Assembly: GCA_964601975.1 (NCBI GenBank)
Contig: CAZRPW010000001.1
Span: forward strand, 93,968 to 157,967
Reading direction: 5' to 3'
DNA length: 64,000 nt
Origin: an uncultured Bacteroides sp.
Lineage (GTDB): Bacteria; Bacteroidota; Bacteroidia; Bacteroidales; GCA-2748055
Made by a program: the position numbers and the translations under genes. Shown here one piece after another: positions 11,227 to 19,894 of this stretch (position 1 is its first letter; the number at the start of each line of letters is the position of its first letter). The notes beneath the pieces are model-generated. The model worked only from the letters and a program-made list of their open reading frames with translations, was not told where the DNA came from and ran no database searches.

Positions 11227-13473
11227 CTATTTGATTTCGAAGGACGATTCAAGTCCTTTGCTTGCATTGGGTCCTATCCAGACCCGGATGGTTCCCGGCT
11301 CAATTCCCCACTGGCGATCCGCTCCGAAATAGATCAGGTCTTCTGCCTTCAGGGTAAATATTACATCTTCAGAGCTGCCTGGTTCCAGTCCAATCTTTTG
11401 GAATCCTTTCAGCTCTCTCACCGGACGAGCAACCGTGGCAGTCACATCCTGTATATAAAGCTGAACCACTTCCTCTCCAAAACGATCGCCGGTATTGCTA
11501 ATCGTAGCTTTAATTTCAATCTCTTCACCCTGAGTCAGTGTGCTGTCTTTTAAAACCAGCTTGCTGTATTCAAAATGGGTATAAGTAAGGCCAAAACCAA
11601 AGGGAAACAGCGGATCATTGCTAAGGTCGATGTAACGGGAAGTGTTTACAAAATTTCTCTCATCCGTAGGTCGTCCCGTATTTTTATAATTGTAGTATAG
11701 TGGAAGCTGACCCACAGCGCGGGGCCATGATAAAGGCAGCCTTCCCGAGGGATTGTAATCGCCAAATAATACATCTGCAATTGCATTTCCGGATTCAGAG
11801 CCTGGATGCCAGGCCACCAGAAGCCCTGACACGCGATCTGCAAAATCTGTGATATCAAGTGGTCGCCCGTTCATCAGGACAAGCACAACATTGTGATTCA
11901 CCTCCAGCACTTTGTTTAATAGCTCCTTTTGGAATCCCTTGAGTGAAATGTCGGTAACACTGCGCGCTTCGGCACTCTGGTAGCAATTTTCACCCAGGAC
12001 CAATACGGCAATGTCGGCAACCCTGGCTGCTTCAACTGCTTCCCTGATCCCTGAAGGATCCGTTGTATTTATATTCAGTGGGTCCAGGAAACCGGTTTTC
12101 GAAGCAACATAGTCAGGGCCTTTCTGGAAGTTAATGGATGAGCCCTCAAGTTTTGCCTGCATCCCTTCAAGTACTGATACCGCACTGTTTGCAATGGCCT
12201 GCGCCCTCCAGTTCCCAAGGGGTGAGTCCTTATCTTCTGCCAGTTCGCCTATCAGTACAATCCTTTGGCCCTTTTTCTCGAGGGGTAAAATGCCGTCGTT
12301 TTTCAGCAGTACCAGGCTGCGTCTTCCTACTTCTCTTGCAAGGGCCAGGTGGTCGGGATGCAAAAGCATCTCTTTTTCACGTTCTTCATTGGAATAGCGG
12401 TAGGGATCATCAAAAAGCCCCAGCTGTTCTTTTACCCTGAGGATCCTTCGAACCGCGTCATCAATGGTATTCTCATTCACCACTCCATTTTCAACCAGTT
12501 CTTTCAGGTAGCCCTCATAGCATTTCCCTTCCATGTCCATGTCACATCCTGCCTCAATAGCCAGTCTGGCCGCTTCCTTCTGGTTCGCTGCAACACCATG
12601 TTCTACCATTTCACCCACCGAGTTCCAGTCAGAAACTACAAATCCTTCAAATCCCCATTTTCCCTTAAGTACTCCCCTCACCATTGGGCTGTTTCCTGTT
12701 GAAGGTATGCCGCCGATCACATTGAATGCATTCATGAAGGTGGCAACACCGGCATCCACACATGCTTTGAAGGGCGGATAGATGTAGTTTTCAAGGGTGT
12801 GTTCGCTTACATCAACTGTATTGTAATCACGTCCCCCCTCGACAAAACCATAGGCTGCAAAGTGCTTGGCACAGGCGGCTATGGTGTTATCGGCCGACAG
12901 GTCTTCTCCCTGGAATCCTAAGACCCTGGAGGCTGCAAAAAGAGATCCCAGGTAGGGATCTTCCCCCGAGCCTTCCACAATCCTGCCCCAGCGGGCATCC
13001 CTTGCAATATCAACCATCGGGGCAAAGGTCCAGTGTAGCCCTCCTGCAGATGCTTCGATAGCCGCGACCCGCGATGTGAGGCGTGCCAGTTCGGGTTCCC
13101 AGGTAGCCGCTTCGGCCAAAGGCATAGGGAACATGGTGCGGTATCCGTGGATCACATCATAGCCAAAAATCATTGGAATGCCCAGGCGGGAATTTTCTAC
13201 TGCCAGTTTTTGTGCATTCCGGGTAGCCTCGGCTCCTACCACATTCAGCATTGAACCCAGTTCGCCGGATTCAATTCTTTTCAGACCGTCCTGTGCCCAG
13301 TCGTTTTCCGGAGCGGGCCCTGTCATCTCCCATCTGCCGGTATACTGGTTCAGTTGTCCGATTTTTTCCTCCAGCGTCATTTTACTCAATAGTTCTTCAA
13401 CCCGGTCGGATTTCCCCGGAGCGCAAGAACTAAGCAGAACCATTGCCAGTACAAAGGACGTCAGTTTCATCAC
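11227..13473 (-). CDS. bglX: GH3 beta-glucosidase
   Basis: 748 aa. Signal peptide, KIGQLNQ, GFVVSDW nucleophile motif, two-domain GH3 layout plus a C-terminal Fn3-like domain. Confidence 0.85.
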   Translation of the reverse strand: MMKLTSFVLAMVLLSSCAPGKSDRVEELLSKMTLEEKIGQLNQYTGRWEMTGPAPENDWAQDGLKRIESGELGSMLNVVGAEATRNAQKLAVENSRLGIPMIFGYDVIHGYRTMFPMPLAEAATWEPELARLTSRVAAIEASAGGLHWTFAPMVDIARDARWGRIVEGSGEDPYLGSLFAASRVLGFQGEDLSADNTIAACAKHFAAYGFVEGGRDYNTVDVSEHTLENYIYPPFKACVDAGVATFMNAFNVIGGIPSTGNSPMVRGVLKGKWGFEGFVVSDWNSVGEMVEHGVAANQKEAARLAIEAGCDMDMEGKCYEGYLKELVENGVVNENTIDDAVRRILRVKEQLGLFDDPYRYSNEEREKEMLLHPDHLALAREVGRRSLVLLKNDGILPLEKKGQRIVLIGELAEDKDSPLGNWRAQAIANSAVSVLEGMQAKLEGSSINFQKGPDYVASKTGFLDPLNINTTDPSGIREAVEAARVADIAVLVLGENCYQSAEARSVTDISLKGFQKELLNKVLEVNHNVVLVLMNGRPLDITDFADRVSGLLVAWHPGSESGNAIADVLFGDYNPSGRLPLSWPRAVGQLPLYYNYKNTGRPTDERNFVNTSRYIDLSNDPLFPFGFGLTYTHFEYSKLVLKDSTLTQGEEIEIKATISNTGDRFGEEVVQLYIQDVTATVARPVRELKGFQKIGLEPGSSEDVIFTLKAEDLIYFGADRQWGIEPGTIRVWIGPNASKGLESSFEIK

Positions 13474-13476
13474 TTA

Positions 13477-14691
13477 TTATTTTATGGTTTTGTCGATCCG
13501 GCCGATCAGCTCCATGCATGCCCTGCCATTATGGTAGGGACACTTCCAGAACCCGGCTTTCTCTTTTTCTCTCTGTGGAACACCCTTTTGGTTCACACTC
13601 CAGTGCCACTCGCCAAATTCCCTGTCGATAAGCTTCTCTTTTATAAAAGTCCAGCTTTCGCTTGTCTTTTCCAAGAATTCCTCATCGCCGGACAGCTGGT
13701 AAGCGTTGAAGTAACCCACCATAGCCTCAGCCTGGGGCCACCAGTGCTTGTCTGAATCCATCCGATTCTCTTCAGGGAACCATTCATAAAAAAGTCCTCC
13801 ATCCTGATCAAGTCCCCGGAAGTTCTCACGGGCTATCTCCACTGCCAGTTTTCCGGTCTCCTCAATGAGGGTGCTATTTCCGAGTACCATTGCGGCCTCG
13901 TGCATGAGCCAGCTTGCTTCAATGTCGTGACCATAGGAGACAAGGCTCGAGCGGAGGGTCCAGTTTTCGTCAAAAAAGAGATTTAAATGAAAACTACGCT
14001 GGTCGAGGAACCTGTCTATAAGTAGTCTCAGCACATTTTCAAGGGCTGCTTTCAGTGCCGGGGATTTCCATACCCTGTACAAATTGGCATAGCCCTCCAG
14101 GATGTGGAGGTGGGTGTTCATGGTCTTGCTCTCATTCTGGTCCTTGTCGCTGAGCCTCAGGTCCTCCAGTGGCTGCCAGTCTCTCGAAAGCGCATCCGTA
14201 TAACCATTCTTCTCACGGTCCAGGGCATTGGCCTCAATATCCCGGAAAAGTCCCTTTGCGATTTTCAGTGCCTGCTCATTGCCGCTGGCCATATGATATT
14301 CTGCAAGTCCGTATATGGTAAAGGCGATTGCATAAATCTGTTTGCGCTCGGAAAGCCTGCTTCCATCGGACTCCAGTTCCCAGAATACTCCCCCGTGTTT
14401 CTTGTCTGTAAAGTGGGTGATAATGTATTCATAAGCCCTCCTTGCTGTTTCCAGATGTTCCTGCTTACCGTACATCCTGTAGGCTGCTGAAAAGGTCCAT
14501 AGAATGCGTGCGTTCAGGACCGCTCCTTTTCCTGCTCCCTTCTCAGGCTGGTTTTTGTGTGTTACATGTCCGAGAAAACCTCCTTCTTCCTGGTCTGGGG
14601 TGTGTTCCATCCACCAGGCAAGAATGTTCTCCATCAGTTCATTTTCCAGCTCCTTGCGTAAATTCTGTAAGATTTCTTCCTTCATCATCAT
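13477..14691 (-). CDS. AGE-family epimerase, cellobiose/mannobiose 2-epimerase-like
   Basis: 404 aa with an N-acylglucosamine 2-epimerase-like (alpha/alpha)6 pattern. Its position between the symporter and GH130 matches the known epimerase-phosphorylase pathway. Confidence 0.7.
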   Translation of the reverse strand: MMMKEEILQNLRKELENELMENILAWWMEHTPDQEEGGFLGHVTHKNQPEKGAGKGAVLNARILWTFSAAYRMYGKQEHLETARRAYEYIITHFTDKKHGGVFWELESDGSRLSERKQIYAIAFTIYGLAEYHMASGNEQALKIAKGLFRDIEANALDREKNGYTDALSRDWQPLEDLRLSDKDQNESKTMNTHLHILEGYANLYRVWKSPALKAALENVLRLLIDRFLDQRSFHLNLFFDENWTLRSSLVSYGHDIEASWLMHEAAMVLGNSTLIEETGKLAVEIARENFRGLDQDGGLFYEWFPEENRMDSDKHWWPQAEAMVGYFNAYQLSGDEEFLEKTSESWTFIKEKLIDREFGEWHWSVNQKGVPQREKEKAGFWKCPYHNGRACMELIGRIDKTIK

Positions 14692-14693
14692 CT

Positions 14694-16517
14694 CTATTTT
14701 TCAGGAAGCCTGTCCCACCAGGTCTTCTTCATGATGATCATACATATTACCACAATAGCCAGGGAAATGCCCAGTGGAAGCGCTTTTTTAAGAACAATGT
14801 AGATGGGGAATATAACCAGGGCAGTCTGGCCAATTGTACCCACTACAATGTTGAACATATCCTTCCAGAAATCCTGATTCCTTTCAAAAGTGGGATCTTC
14901 TGCAACTACCTTTTCATGGATTGGTTTCCAGAAGCCCCAGGGTTTTACGTTTTTATAGAAGCTCTTCAGGGTCTCTTCATCCGTGGGCGGCTTGGTATAG
15001 GTTCCAATGATGGCTGCAACAGCCGATGCTGCCACAATAATGGGGAAGTAATAGAGATCCAGGAAGTCGAAGATCCTGCTACAAATCAGTGCGGAAATGA
15101 TTCCTACAGCCATTCCCCAGAAGAAGCCTGATCCGTTGAATCGCCACCAATACCATTTCAGGATGTTGGATACTACATATGCTCCCCAGAGGGCAGATAC
15201 GATCCATTGCAGAACGCTGTTCACATCCTGGGCGAAAAATCCAAAGAATACACTGATAGCCACAACCACAATACCGGTGATGTAGTTGGTACGGCTTACC
15301 TGTTTCTGGGAGGCTTCGGGTTTTAGGTACTTCAGGTAGATATCGTTAACAATGTATGCCTGTGCCGCATTAAGCGTTCCGGCGAAGGTGGACATAAATG
15401 CTGCCAGTAATCCGGCCAGCAAAAGGCCCATGAAACCCACGGGAACAAACTGGCTGATGGCCGATGGAAGGATTTGTTCAAAATCGATTTTATTACCTAC
15501 GATCAGGTCCAGCTGATCATAGAAAACAAGACCCAGCACTGCGAAACCTGCAATCATGAAGTACCTGGCAGGCATCAGTACCACGGATACAAAACCGGAC
15601 ATCTTGGCTGCATCCCTGGGCGACTTTGTGGAGAGAATTTTCTGCATGTCATAGTTGGGTGCAGGCCCTGCCATACTTACCAGGACACCCTTAAAAAGCA
15701 TCATGCTGAAGAATATTCCGAAGAGGGAATAGCCATCGCTTATAATTTTTTCATTTACCTCAGGAATAATAGTACTCCAGTCCAATTCCAGCCTGGCTCC
15801 GAAGAAGGGATTCATCCAGCCATCGGGAACCAGCAGGGGATGGTCGGTAAGTGCATTCATGGCAATTACCCCGATCACCACAGCCGAGATGGTCATAATG
15901 GTGTACTGGATTACATCGGCCCAGACAATACTGGTCATACCACCCAGGATGGCATAGAACATGGCGAAAAGTGTAAAGATGATTCCATAGACATGGGCTA
16001 CATATTGCGGAGCCACATCGAATGGAACATAAGGGGAAATCACTTCCCAGGGAATGAAAATCTCCACGAATTTGCCCAGGCCTATGAAGCCATAGGTAAG
16101 GAAGCCGAGACAGGAGATCAGGGCAAATGCTACAACAATCCAGTGCGATTGAACACCCCCCCTTCCTGCTCCAAAACGGGTGCGTATCCATTCTGCCCCT
16201 GTGGTTGCATTCGAGCGCCTGAGCCAGATGGAAAGAAAGACCATCAGGAATATCTGGTTGAAGACCGGCCAGAGCCACGGAATCCATATGGATTTCAATC
16301 CATAAACAAAAGCCAGGGTCACAAGCCACATAGTTCCGGAGATATCGAACATGCCCGATGCGTTGCTCAGTCCCAGCATATACCATGGCAGTTTGTTACC
16401 TCCCAGCATGTATGCCGTTTTATCTTTCTGGGCTCGTTTCTTCATCACCAGGCCTATGATGATGGTAGAGGCCAGGTAAGCACAGATAATCAGAATGTCA
16501 AAAAGGGAAAGTTTCAT
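14694..16517 (-). CDS. Sodium:solute symporter (SSF) family sugar transporter
   Basis: 607 aa, hydrophobic throughout with many predicted TM segments and SSF-like sequence. First gene of the minus-strand operon. Confidence 0.85.
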   Translation of the reverse strand: MKLSLFDILIICAYLASTIIIGLVMKKRAQKDKTAYMLGGNKLPWYMLGLSNASGMFDISGTMWLVTLAFVYGLKSIWIPWLWPVFNQIFLMVFLSIWLRRSNATTGAEWIRTRFGAGRGGVQSHWIVVAFALISCLGFLTYGFIGLGKFVEIFIPWEVISPYVPFDVAPQYVAHVYGIIFTLFAMFYAILGGMTSIVWADVIQYTIMTISAVVIGVIAMNALTDHPLLVPDGWMNPFFGARLELDWSTIIPEVNEKIISDGYSLFGIFFSMMLFKGVLVSMAGPAPNYDMQKILSTKSPRDAAKMSGFVSVVLMPARYFMIAGFAVLGLVFYDQLDLIVGNKIDFEQILPSAISQFVPVGFMGLLLAGLLAAFMSTFAGTLNAAQAYIVNDIYLKYLKPEASQKQVSRTNYITGIVVVAISVFFGFFAQDVNSVLQWIVSALWGAYVVSNILKWYWWRFNGSGFFWGMAVGIISALICSRIFDFLDLYYFPIIVAASAVAAIIGTYTKPPTDEETLKSFYKNVKPWGFWKPIHEKVVAEDPTFERNQDFWKDMFNIVVGTIGQTALVIFPIYIVLKKALPLGISLAIVVICMIIMKKTWWDRLPEK

Positions 16518-16540
16518 AGGAAAAGGTAAAAGGGTCGGTT

Positions 16541-16666
16541 AGTAAATTGTAATTAGTAAATGGTAAATAGTAAATGGTAAATAGTAAATAGTAAATAGTA
16601 AATGGTAATTAGTAAATGGTAAATAGTAAATGGTAATTAGTAAATGGTAAATAGTAAGTAGTTAAC
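16541..16666. repeat. Tandem heptanucleotide array, 17 clean units plus 1 degenerate (plus strand AGTAAAT/GGTAAAT/GGTAATT)
   Basis: Read directly: agtaaat tgtaatt agtaaat ggtaaat agtaaat ggtaaat agtaaat agtaaat agtaaat ggtaatt agtaaat ggtaaat agtaaat ggtaatt agtaaat ggtaaat agtaagt agttaac. There is no C on the plus strand across the array. It starts 24 bp upstream of the symporter ATG. Confidence 0.95.
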
Positions 16667-16673
16667 AAATATA
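16666..16673 (-). promoter_or_regulatory. Candidate Bacteroidota -7 promoter box (TATATTTG) for the symporter operon
   Basis: The reverse complement of caaatata is a perfect match to the TAnnTTTG consensus. It sits immediately upstream (sense orientation) of the heptamer array. Only a weak -33-like TTGC lies about 21 nt upstream. Confidence 0.4.
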
Positions 16674-16778
16674 GTTGAAAAAATGCAACTGATTGCAATC
16701 ATATTCAAATAGTAAACCGTCTCACGCCTAAATCTCAGGCGAAGTGCAATTTAAAGGCACTGTGATTTATATTTCAGC

Positions 16779-19712
16779 TTAATTCAGCTTTACAAATTTT
16801 CCCTTTTTAACCTCTCCTGAATCCATGATCCAGCGAAGCATATAGATCCCAGGTGCCAGGTCAGTAATCTCAATCTGGAAGTGGGGATATCTGATATCAA
16901 TATCCCGGGAGATTAGCTGTTGTCCATTCAAATCGATTACCTGGATCCTGCCAGAAAGCCCGGCATAGTTAGTAAGTTTTATGTGTATATAATCCACTGC
17001 AGGGTTCGGCAAAATAACCAGGCTTCCTGTATTATCCAGGCTTTGAATGGTTCCGGCTGTGACACTATCCTTGAAATTTGCACGAATGGTTGCATTACCT
17101 GATTCCAGCCTTACCGTTGCGCTTATCGATGAAGGATCATTGATAGTTACAGAAGAGCCTGAGATGATTTCCCATCCGTTAAATTTACTGTTTACAGGTA
17201 CCTGGCTTACCGCTATGACGGTTTCTTCACCGTGATCTACCGATAGGGTACCCTCCGGGTCTACTTCCGCTCCGTTTGTACCATCGGTAGTCACCGTAAG
17301 TTCATAAATAAGTCTTTCAAAAGAGGCTGTAATTTCCTTGTTTCCATCCATAAGCACTTCGACCGGATTGCTCTCTCCCTCCAGATCGCCGGTCCACCCG
17401 ACAAAATAATATCCACTTTCGGGAGTGGCTGCAAGGGTAAGCACACTGTTATGTGCGTATTCTGCCTGGTCAGGTGTTTTGTCAATACTTCCCATGCCTG
17501 ATACCTGGAGGTTCAAGCTGTGTGTATTGCTTACAAAGTTTGCCTGAATCGTACCATTGCCTGATTCAAGTTTAACGGTGGTGCTGAGAGAGGAAGGGTC
17601 AGCTAATATCACCGAAGTTCCGGAAGTGACCTCCCAGCCATTAAAAATAAAGCCCTCGGGTACCTGGATTACCGATATATCTGTTGCAATACCAGGATCA
17701 ACCGATGAAGTGCCTGCCGGATCCACGATAGCCCCGGCTGTTCCGTCTGTAATGACAGTCAGCTCGTACCTGATTTTTTCGAAGGAGGCAATGATGTCCT
17801 TGTTTTCATCCATAAGCACATCGACAGGATTGTTTTCTCCCACCAAATCGCCGGTCCACCCTACAAAATAATATCCATTTTCCGGAGTGGCTGTCAGCGT
17901 AAGCATACTCTTATGCGGGTATTCTGCCTGGTCGGGCATTTTCGCTACGCTTCCCTCACCCACTGTGGCGATTGATATTGAATGGGAGGCTGATGCAAAG
18001 TTTGCCTGAACAGTCCCATCGCCCGATTCAAGTTTAACGAAGGTGCTCAGGGAGGAAGGGTCTGCTATAAACACCGAACTTCCGGCAGTGACCTCCCAGC
18101 CATCAAAAACGAACCCCCCGGGTACCTGGCTGACCGATATGCTGGTTTGCGCGCCATGATCCACGGTGACTGTGCCTGCCGGGTTTACAGCGCTTCCTGC
18201 TGTGCCGTCAGTACTTACAGTGAGCTGGTAGGTGCTTTTTTGGAAGGTGGCACGCAGTCCTTTTTCTCCATTCATCAGCAAATCGGCCGGGTTGGCAGTG
18301 CCTGTTACGTCGCCTGTCCACCTTACAAAATGATGCCCCTCGGCCGGCAATGCTGTCAGGGTAACCACACTGTTTTTTGGGTAGTTTTCCAGGTCAGGTG
18401 TTTTGCCCACAGTTCCTTCACCGGTTATATCAATTCTCACACTGTGTGTGACATTTGTAAAGTTCGCACGAACTGTGGCATTGCCCGACTCAAGCTTAAC
18501 TGTGGTGCTCTGGGAGAAAGGATTGGCAATGCTGACCGAAGATCCGGAAATGATTTCCCAACCGTCAAAACTACTTCCTTCAGGTATCGAATCGACCGAA
18601 ATGGCTGTTTGGACACCGTGTCCGACAGATATGGTTCCATCCGGTTGCACTATAGCTCCGGCGGTGCTGTCGGTAATGACTGTCAGGCTATAGTTGCGCT
18701 GCTCAAAAGTGGCTGAGACATTTTTGTTGCCATCCATCAGTATACTGGCGGGATTGTCATTCCCTGTTTGGTCTCCGCTCCAGCCCGTAAAGATATACCC
18801 GGCAGCAGCAGTTGCAGTAAGCGTTACAGTGCTTCCCTGCGCATAATTGTGTGCACCCTCGGAAGGGAATGTGGTTCCGCTTCCAATGGAAGGTTCCATG
18901 GTCAGGCTATAGGTGGGGCCAGTCGGGGTCGACCAGGCTTCGATGGCCGCAAACCAGGCCTCACCCATTTTGTCATACCCGGCCTGGTTCGGATGAACCT
19001 GATCCATCATATCATTGTTATAATCCATTCCGGCGCCACATTCCATATCCACAAGGATCAGCTGGTCACCATTAGCGATCCTGGAGGCTGCCAGGTTATC
19101 AATGAGCCTGTTGTAGGCCATCACCCATGGATTGGTCCAGCAGGCGGCATACCGGGAACTGATGATGCGGGCCAGGAAAACGGTGACGGTGGTATTGTTT
19201 GCGACCTCATAATCATCTATGGCATCCAGGATCCTGGGAATGTCGGTCCAGGCAGTATCGGAAGCCAGGAAATCGTTGGTCCCGATATGCAGCAATACGA
19301 TATCGGCCGGGTAGGAATTCATATATGGACCATTGCTTACCGTTCCCGAATAATGTGAGGAGCTTCCGGTTTCCATAATATCTGCAAGCTGAGAGTCCCT
19401 GATTCCACCAAAGCCGGCACAATCGGCATCAGACATGATTGAATATCCATATTGTTCTGAGCCCACAAAATCAAAATTGTATCCAGCCGCAGTAAGCAGA
19501 CTGGACAATTTTTGCCTGTATCCTACCGCATTGTTTCCTCCCAGGGCAACACAGGTGTGAATATCTCCATTGGTGCACATGCTGCCAGCGGTAATGGAGT
19601 TCCCAAGGGGCATTATTCTAATGGTCTGGGAATTAACTCTATTGTTTATCAGGACAATAAAAATGATTGCAAGTATAATCTGAGAAGTGGTTTTGAACCT
19701 TTTCTTATCCAT
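16779..19712 (-). CDS. Secreted SGNH/GDSL hydrolase fused to repeated InlB-B-repeat/Ig-like modules, with a T9SS type-A C-terminal sorting domain
   Basis: The ORF extends to 19760; the likely start is MDKKRF at 19712, followed by a signal-anchor segment. SGNH blocks are PLGNSITAG, LLHIGTNDF and DQVHPNQAGY. The modules repeat a GY(I/Y)F(T/V)GW(S/T)GD motif. The C-terminus ILPNPAVDYIHIKL...GIYMLRW...KFVKLN is a type-A CTD. Confidence 0.8.
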   Translation of the reverse strand: MDKKRFKTTSQIILAIIFIVLINNRVNSQTIRIMPLGNSITAGSMCTNGDIHTCVALGGNNAVGYRQKLSSLLTAAGYNFDFVGSEQYGYSIMSDADCAGFGGIRDSQLADIMETGSSSHYSGTVSNGPYMNSYPADIVLLHIGTNDFLASDTAWTDIPRILDAIDDYEVANNTTVTVFLARIISSRYAACWTNPWVMAYNRLIDNLAASRIANGDQLILVDMECGAGMDYNNDMMDQVHPNQAGYDKMGEAWFAAIEAWSTPTGPTYSLTMEPSIGSGTTFPSEGAHNYAQGSTVTLTATAAAGYIFTGWSGDQTGNDNPASILMDGNKNVSATFEQRNYSLTVITDSTAGAIVQPDGTISVGHGVQTAISVDSIPEGSSFDGWEIISGSSVSIANPFSQSTTVKLESGNATVRANFTNVTHSVRIDITGEGTVGKTPDLENYPKNSVVTLTALPAEGHHFVRWTGDVTGTANPADLLMNGEKGLRATFQKSTYQLTVSTDGTAGSAVNPAGTVTVDHGAQTSISVSQVPGGFVFDGWEVTAGSSVFIADPSSLSTFVKLESGDGTVQANFASASHSISIATVGEGSVAKMPDQAEYPHKSMLTLTATPENGYYFVGWTGDLVGENNPVDVLMDENKDIIASFEKIRYELTVITDGTAGAIVDPAGTSSVDPGIATDISVIQVPEGFIFNGWEVTSGTSVILADPSSLSTTVKLESGNGTIQANFVSNTHSLNLQVSGMGSIDKTPDQAEYAHNSVLTLAATPESGYYFVGWTGDLEGESNPVEVLMDGNKEITASFERLIYELTVTTDGTNGAEVDPEGTLSVDHGEETVIAVSQVPVNSKFNGWEIISGSSVTINDPSSISATVRLESGNATIRANFKDSVTAGTIQSLDNTGSLVILPNPAVDYIHIKLTNYAGLSGRIQVIDLNGQQLISRDIDIRYPHFQIEITDLAPGIYMLRWIMDSGEVKKGKFVKLN
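17061..18911. repeat. In-frame tandem repeats (~462 bp / 154 aa unit, about 3.5 copies) inside the SGNH/T9SS gene
   Basis: Protein units begin YSLTVITDSTAG, YQLTVSTDGTAG, YELTVITDGTAG and YELTVTTDGTNG, each followed by a GW(T/S)GD module. Coordinates are derived from residue positions 284-900. The periodicity is also visible in the repeated antisense shadow ORFs. Confidence 0.8.
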
Positions 19713-19894
19713 TCCGAATGGGCATAATCGTTTGTAAAATGATGCCGGAAATTTAAGCATTATATGCCAGATAATGAGTCCATGCCGCGATTTGGCACAA
19801 GCCCGGGTGCAAAGCCCTGGTTCAGGTTTTGATAATCCCCCTGTTTCTCCTAAATTGCGCTTTCACGTGTAAAAACCTGAAAATTAACATTGTT

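Noticed and set aside
15474-16529. 351-aa plus-strand ORF opposite the sodium:solute symporter gene.
   Set aside because: It is a codon-aligned shadow of a confidently identified membrane transporter. The His/Gly/Pro-rich sequence has no recognisable domain.
16541-16666. The possibility that the 7-bp array (and the 9-bp array at 33456-33550) is a CRISPR array or a coding repeat.
   Set aside because: The periods are 7 and 9 bp, with no spacers and no cas genes in the window. Every frame on the sense strand is interrupted, for example by TAA in the TAATTAC units. They are non-coding tandem repeats.
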